IMG/VR virus record: IMGVR_UViG_3300023174_000042
Span: 186,001 to 250,000 of that record
Direction: 5' to 3' (one strand)
Length of the DNA stretch: 64,000 nucleotides
In this document: one piece after another, positions 28,406 through 38,468 of the stretch
Layout: the number at the start of each line of letters is the position of its first letter
Numbering within the stretch: the stretch's first letter is position 1
Position numbers and translations under genes: made by a program
The notes under the pieces: generated by a model
The model's input: only the letters and a program-made list of their open reading frames with translations
What the model was told of the DNA's origin: nothing
The model's database searches: none

Positions 28406-29539
28406 TTAAAACCTGAATTTTTTTAGTTCTTCATTTAAAAAAATATTAATCTTTTTCTCAATTGAACTTTCTTTGATATTTCCATATTTTGCTTTACCTA
28501 CGACTCTTCGTAAATTAGCAATTCCATAAGGACCACCATTAAGTTTGATTCTATCAAATTCATCTTCTAAACCAAAAATACCACCAATTTTTGGGGATTC
28601 ACATCTTAAAGCGATAAATTTATTTTTAAACAAATCAACACCACAGTCTCTTGCTGTGTCTGAAGTTATACAATTATAAAGTTTTTTGATCGTTGTTCTA
28701 CAGGTTTTTTTATCAGGATATAATATTTCATTCATAGGATAAATTACATCATTATCTCTTCCAACACCAGCTTGAGAGGTTAAAGCTGGCCAATCATTTT
28801 TAATGTCTTTGAAATAAAACGAATATTTATTTTCATCCGACTCCGGATTTTCAGGTTCAGTAGTTGTAAAGTTTTGTTTTGTTAACATGGATTCAATCTG
28901 ATCCATTTTACCTTGTGTTGTTTGTTTTAAACCAACTTTTCTCCACAAATATCCAGGTCCAGTATAATTAGGTAAAATAGGTTGTCCAGTACTTGTGTTT
29001 TTCAAATCTTTATATAATACTTCTTCGTATTGACTTGGATTTTTTGGATCAAACCTGACATAAACTCCGCCAGAATTATCAACAAATTCTTGTAATGTTG
29101 CCTCATCTTTTGGACCTAATGATGCAATTCCTAAATTCTCAAGTGCCTTTAATTGTTCACATTGACTTCCTAACCCATTAGGAACCCTACTTGCAGGCTT
29201 ATCATATGTTATTCTATAGGATAGAAGTGCTGTTTGAGGTGCTTTATCATCTTTAACACCAAATACCATATAATAATCACCTTGACCTCCTGTTGGTTGA
29301 CTTGATATATAAAAGGCACTTTCTAAACCTTTACTTTGTAATTCTGGAAAATAACTCCAATATTTTTTTTCTAATTCTTTGATTGGTCTGTTTTTTAAAA
29401 AATCTAAAAAAGAACAATTGTCTCGAACACCTTCTAACATTCTTTTTTGATCGTTATAGTCTAGACCTTTAACGGTTTTGTTTTTTTGAAGTTCATCGTC
29501 TTCTAATAAAACTTTTCGAATAATTTTTGAAATTTCCAT
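28406..29539 (-). CDS. tagged hypothetical protein
   Basis: N-terminal MEISKIIRKVLLE and C-terminal IKESSIEKKINIFLNE. Confidence 0.8.
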   Translation of the reverse strand: MEISKIIRKVLLEDDELQKNKTVKGLDYNDQKRMLEGVRDNCSFLDFLKNRPIKELEKKYWSYFPELQSKGLESAFYISSQPTGGQGDYYMVFGVKDDKAPQTALLSYRITYDKPASRVPNGLGSQCEQLKALENLGIASLGPKDEATLQEFVDNSGGVYVRFDPKNPSQYEEVLYKDLKNTSTGQPILPNYTGPGYLWRKVGLKQTTQGKMDQIESMLTKQNFTTTEPENPESDENKYSFYFKDIKNDWPALTSQAGVGRDNDVIYPMNEILYPDKKTCRTTIKKLYNCITSDTARDCGVDLFKNKFIALRCESPKIGGIFGLEDEFDRIKLNGGPYGIANLRRVVGKAKYGNIKESSIEKKINIFLNEELKKFRF

Positions 29540-29542
29540 TTT

Positions 29543-30661
29543 TTATAATTCTGCTAATGTTGACCCCAAACCTGACCTACAAATATATTTTATGTCGTCT
29601 TTGGTAAAAGATATTTGATTTATTTTTTTTGATAATGCGGTTTCCGTTTCTTTATTGAATAACCCTGTTACTTTAACACCCAAACAAGATTGTGCTTTAG
29701 ATATTAAATCTTCAGACCCTTTTGGTGTTTTACACCCAATATAATATTCTTTTGTGCAATCTCTATAAACATTACCGTCTTCATCGGTTATTTGTGTTGG
29801 ATCATCATCACTTGATCCTTTTTTTACACAATCATTTTTTTCAACACTAAACTCATAACCTTCTTGTTCACATTCTATTTTGGTATTTCCTTTTTTCTTG
29901 AAAAAAAGATACCAAACCCCAACACCAATACCTGTTAAAAGTGCTAATTTGATAAGTGCTTTGGCTTTAATAACTCTTTTAACAGGATCCCAAATGCCTC
30001 GTCTTTCTAACCAATCTAAAACTTTATTTGGTTTTTTATCTATTTCTTTTTTCAAGTCAATAATCTCTTCTTTAGTTGGTGGAACTTCTTCTATGGGTTT
30101 TGGTTCAGGTTTTGGTTCAGGTTTTGGTAAATCACGTTCACCTTTCCAAGTATCCAAGTCTTTTAGTCGTCTTTCATTTGCATCAAAAATGGCCTTTAAT
30201 TGTTCATCGGGAAGCTTTGGATTTTTTTGTTTTAATTTTAAAAACCTATCACCACTAGTCCCAAAAGAATAATTATCTTTAAATGTTTTTGTATCAACAA
30301 TGTCTTCAGCAATTGCCGAAATTAATTTTTTATTTTTTGTATTGGTGTATACACTCCACTTTACTTTCATTCGTTCGGCGTTGGATAATTTACCATCTTT
30401 AAGTGCTCCTATAATTTCATCAATACTTTTGAGACTTTTTCCGTCTTTAGTCATTACACCACCAAATTTTAGAAGTTGTTTCTCAACTGATTGTAGTTCG
30501 GTTCTAAATTCTCTTGCTAATTCGGCATCTCCACGTAAAGCATCAATCAATCCTCTTACTTGTTCGGATATAATTGTAAAATTTTCTTTGGATGTTTTTG
30601 ATAAATCATATCCACTTAAAAATTTAATCCTGTTAATTTCCTCTATTATAATATTTTTCAT
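29543..30661 (-). CDS. tagged membrane protein with C-terminal peptidoglycan-binding-like domain
   Basis: MKNIIIEEINRIKFL tag, PKPE repeat, TM helix, AQSCLGVKVTGLFNKETETAL. Confidence 0.7.
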   Translation of the reverse strand: MKNIIIEEINRIKFLSGYDLSKTSKENFTIISEQVRGLIDALRGDAELAREFRTELQSVEKQLLKFGGVMTKDGKSLKSIDEIIGALKDGKLSNAERMKVKWSVYTNTKNKKLISAIAEDIVDTKTFKDNYSFGTSGDRFLKLKQKNPKLPDEQLKAIFDANERRLKDLDTWKGERDLPKPEPKPEPKPIEEVPPTKEEIIDLKKEIDKKPNKVLDWLERRGIWDPVKRVIKAKALIKLALLTGIGVGVWYLFFKKKGNTKIECEQEGYEFSVEKNDCVKKGSSDDDPTQITDEDGNVYRDCTKEYYIGCKTPKGSEDLISKAQSCLGVKVTGLFNKETETALSKKINQISFTKDDIKYICRSGLGSTLAEL

Positions 30662-30668
30662 AATTTTT

Positions 30669-31865
30669 TTATTTTATATACGCACTGAAATCATCTTCTC
30701 CTTTATTTTTTTCTAATGCTGCGATTAATTCTTTTTCATCAGATTTATTTGATGCAACTTGTTTTTCTTTTTGATATTCCCCATATGTTCCTATAGCAGA
30801 CAACAAACCTAAATTAATTAAAACGGGTTTAAGTGCTGGACTTTTGAACAAACTTTTAATACCATTTATAATTGTTTTAATAAAACTTGAAATACCAGAA
30901 AGTGCCTTTGAAAATAATTTTGAAAAGAAGGTTCCCTCCTTGAAGTATTTAGCAGCACTTGTAAACTTTGATGGTAAAGATTTTAGAGCATCAATTCCTG
31001 TTTTTAACATTTCCATAAATCCTCTGTTTTTTGCTAAAGATTTCCCAACTTCCCCACTTGCTTTAGCGGCACTAATCGCACCTTTTGCGGATATTTTGGC
31101 CGCTTTTGCGGCACTTCCAGCAAAAACTAAACCAATTACATCTATAATAAAAAATACAATTCTCATCCACATTGGTTCGGTTGGATCTTCATAGTCTCCT
31201 GTAACTAGTTCATATATATCTAAACCTACGACTATTGCCCAAACAACTAACTGAGGCACTTTACCTATACCAGTCGCAACTAAAATAGTATCTATAATAA
31301 TACCAACAGGACTATAAACTGCTTGTCTAATTTTTCTAGCCAACCATTTAGCACCTTTTTTTGCCAACATTAAAATTTCGTTCCAATCCCCTTTAGATAT
31401 GGCCAATCCTAATTTTTTTATACCATCCCAAGAATCAACAACAAAATCAGAAACGCCTTTTACTGTTGATTTTGCGGTATCAGAAACCCAACTTGTAAAG
31501 TTATCCCACAAATTTTCTTGTAGATAACTTTTTACTAATGGTTTTATTGAAGATAGATCAACATCATTTTCGACCAATAAAAGGTTGTCAAAAACATTTC
31601 TTGCCTCTTCTTTTATTGATTTTTTTAAACTTGAAACTCTAAAGGTGTGTTCTAAAAAAAGAATTAAATTGTCAGGTCTTTCCCAAATATTTCCTAAACT
31701 TTTTCCTTCTTTAAGATCAATAAGATCATCTAAAAAAATTACATATCTTTCATCAGGAGACAACCAATCCGTAAAAACCAAATTTTCCAACATAATATCT
31801 TTAGTATTTACATACTTAGATAAAATTCGTTGTTTTTCAGATTCTTGAATTATTATTTTTTTCAT
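30669..31865 (-). CDS. tagged protein with hydrophobic hairpins
   Basis: MKKIIIQESEKQRIL tag; three hydrophobic segments and an Ala/Lys-rich helix. Confidence 0.75.
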   Translation of the reverse strand: MKKIIIQESEKQRILSKYVNTKDIMLENLVFTDWLSPDERYVIFLDDLIDLKEGKSLGNIWERPDNLILFLEHTFRVSSLKKSIKEEARNVFDNLLLVENDVDLSSIKPLVKSYLQENLWDNFTSWVSDTAKSTVKGVSDFVVDSWDGIKKLGLAISKGDWNEILMLAKKGAKWLARKIRQAVYSPVGIIIDTILVATGIGKVPQLVVWAIVVGLDIYELVTGDYEDPTEPMWMRIVFFIIDVIGLVFAGSAAKAAKISAKGAISAAKASGEVGKSLAKNRGFMEMLKTGIDALKSLPSKFTSAAKYFKEGTFFSKLFSKALSGISSFIKTIINGIKSLFKSPALKPVLINLGLLSAIGTYGEYQKEKQVASNKSDEKELIAALEKNKGEDDFSAYIK

Positions 31866-31894
31866 TTTCTTTTATAAATATCAATATTAATGGA

Positions 31895-32128
31895 TTATAA
31901 TAAAGTATTTGCTTTACCTCTTGTAATTTTATTTAAGTCTTTCCACTTAGCCTTATAATCTATTTGGTTTGCAACACCCCTTGTCAAACCCGTTTCCCAT
32001 TTTGTTACAGTAGGATAAGTTGTTCCTCCTGCTCCACCAGCATCACCTTGTTCATCTATTTCAGAATTTTTTTGTTTTTCTGAACGAGTATATGTTTTCA
32101 ATAAATAAATAATTTCGTCTAAATCCAT
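31895..32128 (-). CDS. small hypothetical protein with internal repeat
   Basis: KWETGLTRGVANQI / KWKDLNKITRGKANTL repeat after an EIDE site. Confidence 0.7.
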   Translation of the reverse strand: MDLDEIIYLLKTYTRSEKQKNSEIDEQGDAGGAGGTTYPTVTKWETGLTRGVANQIDYKAKWKDLNKITRGKANTLL

Positions 32129-32189
32129 TTTTTTTATAAATATTATAATTAGAATAAAAAAATATTTATATTTGTAGAAAGAAACAATT

Positions 32190-32693
32190 ATGAAAAATTT
32201 ATTTTATTTATCGGTATTGGTTTTGGTTTTTTCATCTTGTATGAAATACGCAGAACCACAATTATTAAGTCTAAGTGGTGAGTATCGAATTGACAAAATT
32301 ACTTATGAAAATAGAGATAACTCTGGTTTGAATCAGGTGTTTTATCCTGGTGATTTATATGTTAATCAAAGTGAAACCAAACCTTTAGACTCAATTTCAG
32401 TCGGGTTTACTCGTATGGCGTTAGACTATTCTGTGATTTATTTTAATCCGATTGATGATCCAAGCACCGGATCAACAACATGGACCAAAAAGTTCACATA
32501 TACAATTCAAGGACACCATAGCGTTTATGATTTAGGATATATTGTATTTAATTACGACGGCACAAGACGTGTATGGAAAATTATCGATGATGGAACTGAA
32601 AGTCTTGTAATTAGAACTTCGGGAAGTTATGATTATGGAAACAGCACCAGTGGAGAAACAACCACAATGTATTTAACTCGAGTTGGTCCTTAA
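32190..32693 (+). CDS. lipoprotein, lipocalin-like beta-barrel
   Basis: Lipobox VFSSC, LSGEYRI start, terminal TMYLTRV; TATATTTG promoter. Confidence 0.7.
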   Translation: MKNLFYLSVLVLVFSSCMKYAEPQLLSLSGEYRIDKITYENRDNSGLNQVFYPGDLYVNQSETKPLDSISVGFTRMALDYSVIYFNPIDDPSTGSTTWTKKFTYTIQGHHSVYDLGYIVFNYDGTRRVWKIIDDGTESLVIRTSGSYDYGNSTSGETTTMYLTRVGP

Positions 32694-32989
32694 ATCAAGT
32701 CAATTTTTGGTAATTTGTCAGGATAAACAATATAGTATTCATTTAGAAATGATATTAAATTGTCTTCGTCGATTGATGTTGATTCGCCCCAAAAAAATTC
32801 ATCATCTTCTTCTTCGTCACCCATATCATGATCTTCCAAAATCAAGTCAAAACCAAAATCATTAACATCTGATAAATTAATTATGTCCAATCTAATTTCT
32901 TCTTCTGAGTCCGTGATTAAACGAAACTGAACTTCTATTGTATTATCAATTTCATGTAAATAATAAAATATTAGTTCAGAAACTTCCAT
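32690..32989 (-). CDS. acidic hypothetical protein
   Basis: 99 aa, D/E-rich. Confidence 0.7.
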   Translation of the reverse strand: MEVSELIFYYLHEIDNTIEVQFRLITDSEEEIRLDIINLSDVNDFGFDLILEDHDMGDEEEDDEFFWGESTSIDEDNLISFLNEYYIVYPDKLPKIDLI

Positions 32990-32993
32990 CTTT

Positions 32994-33587
32994 TTAATTG
33001 TATTTTTTAAATCTTTTAAACATGTCTAAAGATTCGTTTAATTTTGAAATAAAGTCAGGTAATATTTCTTCATCAATATTTGAATACATTTCTGAATCAT
33101 CAAATTCTTCTTCTTCGGTCTCTTCAAGTTCTTTTGACATGTCTTCCGAAGAATAATCTTCTAACTGGTCAATATCGTATTCGTATTGATCTTCGTTGTT
33201 GTCTAATTCATCTGTCATATTACCAAAAGAAATGTATTCTTCTTCATTCTCATTTGGTGACGGATAGATATCGTGCATAAATTGAGTATTTCTGTTGTCA
33301 GTATCTTCATAACTATCAATATCTACCGTTCCATTTTTTAAATCCATAGGGCCATCACCAATACGATCTAATGGTTGTTCGTTAATTCTAAAATTTGTGT
33401 AGTTTCCAATAGTTCCATCATTTTTTAATGAAATTCCATTTTTATCATTTGCCAAATCCTGAACATATAAAGGATATTGATTACTTTGTTGGTTATATTT
33501 TGTAACATACCCATCATAAACATGTTTATGTTGGTCTAAAATATTTTCTTTTTCTTGTTTATTCATTTTGAAAAAATATGCATTCAT
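32994..33587 (-). CDS. acidic hypothetical protein
   Basis: Probable start MNAYFFKMNKQEKENILDQH; internal RINE and KLNE motifs. Confidence 0.7.
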   Translation of the reverse strand: MNAYFFKMNKQEKENILDQHKHVYDGYVTKYNQQSNQYPLYVQDLANDKNGISLKNDGTIGNYTNFRINEQPLDRIGDGPMDLKNGTVDIDSYEDTDNRNTQFMHDIYPSPNENEEEYISFGNMTDELDNNEDQYEYDIDQLEDYSSEDMSKELEETEEEEFDDSEMYSNIDEEILPDFISKLNESLDMFKRFKKYN

Positions 33588-33700
33588 AAGTTCTTTTTTT
33601 TTTATAAATATCATTTGGTTCAACAAATATTTGAAATATTAATAATTGTTCTATTTTTAATTGAAATAAACTTTGTTTTGTTTAGATATTTATTATTGAT

Positions 33701-34321
33701 ATGAAAATAATTTTAACTGAGGATCAATATATTTCATTACTTAAAGAAGAAAAAGAAAATGAAATTGAACAAACTTTTACAAACTCAAAAAAATTTACAA
33801 AAAGATTATTAAGGGATGTTAAAAATCAATATGGGATTGATTTTAATTTTGCTTTAACTTGGGGTTCTGTAATCGGTGGTTTTGTTGGTCCAATATCAAA
33901 ATACTTAGAAGGAAAATATACAAATCTTTCAAAAACTGATATTACATTAATTTGTTTTGGAATAGTTCTAACTTTTTTTTCTGAAAACAAAGAAAAATTA
34001 CACAAAGTATTAGAATTAATAAAGGAAAACAAATTAATTACTTTTTTTGATCATGCTTTAATGAAAGCTTACGATTTAAAAGATGCGTTTTTTAATTTTT
34101 TGGAGTCTTTAAATATGACATTTTCAAAAGTTTCAAATATGGTCGCTTATACTTTTTTGGTCCCTCTGATTCCCTTATTAAAAAATTTGGCAGATATGGA
34201 TTTATCTTCAGATCAAATTCATTTATTGTCGATGGGCGTGTCCCACTATACAGGAACAATAATTTCTTCAAAAATAATTACCGAATTAATCAAAAAAATA
34301 ATTAAAAGATTTAGATCTTAG
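33701..34321 (+). CDS. tagged membrane protein
   Basis: MKIILTEDQYISLLKE tag, ATATTTATT upstream, hydrophobic segments. Confidence 0.75.
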   Translation: MKIILTEDQYISLLKEEKENEIEQTFTNSKKFTKRLLRDVKNQYGIDFNFALTWGSVIGGFVGPISKYLEGKYTNLSKTDITLICFGIVLTFFSENKEKLHKVLELIKENKLITFFDHALMKAYDLKDAFFNFLESLNMTFSKVSNMVAYTFLVPLIPLLKNLADMDLSSDQIHLLSMGVSHYTGTIISSKIITELIKKIIKRFRS

Positions 34322-34916
34322 AATTGTAATCTAAAATCATTTTAATAATATTTTGTTCTTCTTCGTTTGACAGGTGGTGAATGTCTTTGTGAGTTCTAAA
34401 CCAATTTCTTACCAACTCTTCAAATGGTCTCTTGGTTATTTTTTTCATTCTTCTAAATCCATAAACTTGAGCATCAATTTCTTCAGGACTAGAATAATAT
34501 TCAAAAGGTGTTCTATCATCATTATTATTCAAATCAAACATTTCGGTATCTCTTTGATGTAAATGTCTTAATTCGTGTGAAACTAATTCATTTAATTCAC
34601 CAATTAAATCATAAAGCAATTGATTTTTGTTTTTAGGGTTATATACGATTTTAATAGCGATAATATCATCATTTTTGTAAAATTCGGCATTTACCATAAA
34701 TCCATCTATGTCATAATCTTGTTCAATAATTAATTCAATTGAAATGGATATGTCTGAAAAGTTGTATTCAATTTCATCTTCTTTGATTTCTTCAGGAAGA
34801 TAATATTCACCTTCAGATTCTTTTTTGAAAACACTTATAATGTCTCTAACAATTTCTCTAATTAATGAATCGTTTTTTGAAGTTTCTAATATTAAACTTT
34901 TTTTAATTTCAATCAT
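34311..34916 (-). CDS. putative zinc metallopeptidase
   Basis: VSHELRHLHQ (HExxH) plus YYSSPEEIDA. Confidence 0.7.
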   Translation of the reverse strand: MIEIKKSLILETSKNDSLIREIVRDIISVFKKESEGEYYLPEEIKEDEIEYNFSDISISIELIIEQDYDIDGFMVNAEFYKNDDIIAIKIVYNPKNKNQLLYDLIGELNELVSHELRHLHQRDTEMFDLNNNDDRTPFEYYSSPEEIDAQVYGFRRMKKITKRPFEELVRNWFRTHKDIHHLSNEEEQNIIKMILDYNSKI

Positions 34917-34974
34917 ATTGATAAATATTGGTTTATAGTTTATTATTAGTATAAATAAAATGTAATTTAATTGT

Positions 34975-35943
34975 ATGAAAAAAAAATTTGATTTTGAAAA
35001 TATAACCTTGATTCCAAATTATAGTTATGTAGAAAGTAGAAGTGAGTGCAAAACAACTATTAAATTTGGTCATTTAGAGTTTAAATTACCAATAGTTCCT
35101 TCAAATATGGAAAGTATTATAGATTCTAATTTGGCTATCAAATTGGCGAAAAACAATTATTTTTATATAATGCACAGATTTAACATAAACCCTGTTGAAT
35201 TTACAAGTCAAATGCATCGTCTTGGTTTATATTCTTCAGTGTCTATTGGTGTTAATGAAGACTCTTACGAATATATTAATCAATTTGTAGAGTTAGGTCT
35301 TTGTCCTGAATACATTACAATTGATATTGCTCATGGTCATTGTGTTAAGATGAAAAAAATGGTGAAATACATTAAAGAAAATTTACCAAATACATTTTTA
35401 ATTGGTGGGAATGTTTCTACACCAGATGCGGTGGAAGATTTACAAAAGTGGGGTTGTGATGCGATCAAATGTGGTATTGGTGGTGGATCGGCATGCACAA
35501 CATACCATTCGACAGGTTTCGGAAATAGGGGATGGCAAGCAAATATGATTTTGGATTGTTCTAAAGTTTCAAAAGTTCCGATCATCGCCGATGGGTCAAT
35601 TAAAGAACATTCCGACATTGTAAAAAGTTTGGTTTTAGGAGCAACTATGGTAATGGTTGGGGGAATGTTATCCGGTTATGTTGATTCACCTGGAGAGAAG
35701 GTTAAAAACTTGGTGGATGGTCTATGGTATAAAGAATTTTGGGGGAGTGCTTCATCATCACAATCAGGAAAAACAAATAGAATCGAGGGTATTAGAAAAT
35801 TAGTTCCATTCAAGGATTACTCAATATTCACCAAACTAACTCAAATTGAAGAATCTTTACAAAGTGCTATATCATACGCAGGAGGGAATCACTCTAATTT
35901 AGAGTCTTTTAATAAGGTCGAATATTGTATTAAAATGAATTAA
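34975..35943 (+). CDS. guaC: GMP reductase
   Basis: PSNMES, YFYIMHRF, ITIDIAHGH, GNV, KCGIGGGSACTT, IIADG, EFWGSAS, LQSAISYAGG. Confidence 0.93.
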   Translation: MKKKFDFENITLIPNYSYVESRSECKTTIKFGHLEFKLPIVPSNMESIIDSNLAIKLAKNNYFYIMHRFNINPVEFTSQMHRLGLYSSVSIGVNEDSYEYINQFVELGLCPEYITIDIAHGHCVKMKKMVKYIKENLPNTFLIGGNVSTPDAVEDLQKWGCDAIKCGIGGGSACTTYHSTGFGNRGWQANMILDCSKVSKVPIIADGSIKEHSDIVKSLVLGATMVMVGGMLSGYVDSPGEKVKNLVDGLWYKEFWGSASSSQSGKTNRIEGIRKLVPFKDYSIFTKLTQIEESLQSAISYAGGNHSNLESFNKVEYCIKMN

Positions 35944-35945
35944 AA

Positions 35946-36533
35946 TTACCACGCTTTGCAGCTCCAATATCTTGCTTTCCATCTTGGTCCAGGATTATCA
36001 CAATTCATTCTTGCTCTAAAAGATTTTCTTCTTGCCGGATTATTTTTTTTGATAACCATTCGTTTTCCGTGTGCAGATTTACCACCAAAACCAAAATTTA
36101 CTTTAACAACATTTCCTTTGTCGTTTTTTACATATACTTTGAATTTTTTTATGTCTCCTTGCATTATCTTTCCAAGTTTTACTTCTCGACCTTTATATTT
36201 TGCTTCAGATAAATAAATTGGATCCTCCATAGGGATTTCTAAATAAACAACTTGACCATTTTCTAAAATAACTTTTTTACCTAAGTCAGACTCAACAATA
36301 AATCTGTCTTCATCATTTAAATCAATAAAATCAAAATTGTATAATCTTCTTACTTCGTTAATTAAGTTTATAAAGGATTTTGAATAATCTTTAAGCGGTG
36401 TTTCGCATAAAGGTATTTTTTTATCCAAGTGATATTTTAATTGATCTGAAACTTTAACATTTTCTTTAAGTTTCATAGGGTGATAAAAGATTTTTTCTAA
36501 AGATCTCCTAACAATATTTTCAACTATTTTCAT
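35946..36533 (-). CDS. conserved phage protein with basic C-terminal domain
   Basis: After YLSE: KKFKVYVKN...KVNFG...RRKSFRARMNC...ARYWSCKAW. Confidence 0.75.
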   Translation of the reverse strand: MKIVENIVRRSLEKIFYHPMKLKENVKVSDQLKYHLDKKIPLCETPLKDYSKSFINLINEVRRLYNFDFIDLNDEDRFIVESDLGKKVILENGQVVYLEIPMEDPIYLSEAKYKGREVKLGKIMQGDIKKFKVYVKNDKGNVVKVNFGFGGKSAHGKRMVIKKNNPARRKSFRARMNCDNPGPRWKARYWSCKAW

Positions 36534-36587
36534 ACTTAATGATATTTATTTATATAAATATTAAAAGTATTTAAAATTTGATGAATT

Positions 36588-37118
36588 ATGAAAATAAAAC
36601 AAATAACAGAAAGAGATATTAATAAAATTGTTAGATCTGTTCTTAAAGAAGATGATATGTCTTTTAAATCAAAAAAGAAAGATAAAAAACCAAGTTGTCT
36701 ACCTGAGAATGTGATTCCTCTTGACGAAATTGTCGGAAGATCTGATGAATACTCAAGATATACTCCAGGAATTACTAAAAGAATATCAGGAGTAAATTCT
36801 ATGGTAGACACATTAGGTATATTAAACAACTTACGATTGTTTAAAGATGTTAAAGATGGGGGATCTCATTTGGCTTACGAAATGATGAATCATTTAAATA
36901 GATTCAGAAATAAAAATTATTACGACGAAACAACCGGAAATTGTCACAAAGCAATGGATAAGATAATTGAATTGTATAAAGAAAATGAACACGGGACAGA
37001 ATTAGTAAAAGATATTGAGAGAGTTTTGAACCTTCAAACAAGAGAAGACGAATATACTCCGTCACCAAGAGCAAAAGAATATTTAAAGCAATCTATAAAC
37101 TTAGTAAAAGGAATGTAA
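36588..37118 (+). CDS. tagged hypothetical protein
   Basis: MKIKQITERDINKIVRSVLKE tag. Confidence 0.8.
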   Translation: MKIKQITERDINKIVRSVLKEDDMSFKSKKKDKKPSCLPENVIPLDEIVGRSDEYSRYTPGITKRISGVNSMVDTLGILNNLRLFKDVKDGGSHLAYEMMNHLNRFRNKNYYDETTGNCHKAMDKIIELYKENEHGTELVKDIERVLNLQTREDEYTPSPRAKEYLKQSINLVKGM

Positions 37119-37119
37119 A

Positions 37120-37371
37120 ATGAAAAGATTAAAAAGAATTGCAAGTTCTTATTGGGCACCTACACCAAAAAAGTGGAGAAAATTCGGAGATTCTTTATTA
37201 GCGGTAGCATCAGTTTTAGCGGTTGGTGGATTATGGCAATTTGACAATCTAAAAGATATATTTTCGCCATTTGAAATCAAAGCGATGATCGTTTCATCTA
37301 TTATTTTAGGGGTTTGTGGTAAATTTATTACCAACTTTTTTAAAGAAGACACTACAGAAAACTCTAATTAA
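37120..37371 (+). CDS. small two-TM holin-like protein
   Basis: WAPTPKKWRKFGD followed by two TM segments and GKFITNFF. Confidence 0.6.
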   Translation: MKRLKRIASSYWAPTPKKWRKFGDSLLAVASVLAVGGLWQFDNLKDIFSPFEIKAMIVSSIILGVCGKFITNFFKEDTTENSN

Positions 37372-37406
37372 ATCAAAAAACCCCTTAAAATAAAGGGGTT
37401 TTTTTG
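37372..37406. terminator. bidirectional terminator
   Basis: AAAAAACCCCTT...AAGGGGTTTTTTT between convergent genes. Confidence 0.75.
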
Positions 37407-37458
37407 TATATATGAAGACAAAAAAGACATTTTTTTGATCTTTTTTGAGGAGTTTTAC

Positions 37459-37752
37459 TTATTTTTTACCCATTTTTTTAGCAAATTCATTCATTCTTTG
37501 ACTAAAATCAGTTAATTTATTGTCAAAATTACCCATTTGACCCCCAAAATTACCCATATTTTTGTAAAAATCCTCTAAATTACCTAAATTTTCCATGTTT
37601 TCCATGAAATTTTGTGGATTTTGCATGTTTTTTAGGTCTTTTAGTGTTGAAAATAATGTTTTTCCATATTTTTTCCACCAAAATATAAATAAAATGATAA
37701 AAATTAGTATAATTATACTAAAAACGAGTAAAGAAATAGATAAAAGTGTCAT
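37459..37752 (-). CDS. membrane-anchored Met/Asn-rich protein
   Basis: N-terminal TM helix and MGNF-like repeats. Confidence 0.65.
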   Translation of the reverse strand: MTLLSISLLVFSIIILIFIILFIFWWKKYGKTLFSTLKDLKNMQNPQNFMENMENLGNLEDFYKNMGNFGGQMGNFDNKLTDFSQRMNEFAKKMGKK

Positions 37753-37796
37753 AATTTATGTGATTTTACTTAAAAATAGGTGTTTTTTTTATAAAA

Positions 37797-38453
37797 TCAA
37801 TAAAAAGACTTAATATACCACTGTAATATCTCTTTTGTGAGTCTATTTATCCTATTTGTTGCTGATTGCGGTGTAATTTCTTTATTTTGTCGTTCTAAAT
37901 CAGTAATTGACGCTGAAATCATAATATTTCTGACATTTTCACCCATATCTATGATTTTTTCGATCAATTCTTCGTCATTATCGTCTAAATCTCGTTGCAT
38001 TCGGTATAAATCGAAGTATTTTGTTAGATATTCTTTAGTTTGACCTAAAATTTGACCTGATTGTAGCATATTTACTACTCCTAACTCTCTAATTGCCATT
38101 AAAAAGTCTAAAACATATTGTAAATCAGCCTTTTTAAACAATTTTGACCACTCATGGTGTCTAATTAGATCATCTAAGTCAGTAAAACGGGCTTCTTGGA
38201 GGTTTTTTTGATTAAATTCAGGATCTAACATCCAAATATCACCTTGTGGGAGTAAAGATAAAGAAGAAATGACATTTCCATTGTCATCATACCACTCTAC
38301 ATCATACTTATAATTAAATTCTGACCCAAAACCAGGTTGTTCACCAATTTTTTTTACCTTTCCTTTGGTTCCTGTATCAAGATCTTCACCTGGCATGTAT
38401 ATTAATACAATACGATCACCTTCTTTTAACTTAGGATTTTGTTTTTTATTCAT
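37797..38453 (-). CDS. two-module hypothetical protein (SH3-like N-domain)
   Basis: LKEGDRIVLIYM...GTKGKV...VEW...LSLLP; NLQE linker; helical second module. Confidence 0.7.
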   Translation of the reverse strand: MNKKQNPKLKEGDRIVLIYMPGEDLDTGTKGKVKKIGEQPGFGSEFNYKYDVEWYDDNGNVISSLSLLPQGDIWMLDPEFNQKNLQEARFTDLDDLIRHHEWSKLFKKADLQYVLDFLMAIRELGVVNMLQSGQILGQTKEYLTKYFDLYRMQRDLDDNDEELIEKIIDMGENVRNIMISASITDLERQNKEITPQSATNRINRLTKEILQWYIKSFY

Positions 38454-38468
38454 ATAAATAAATATCTT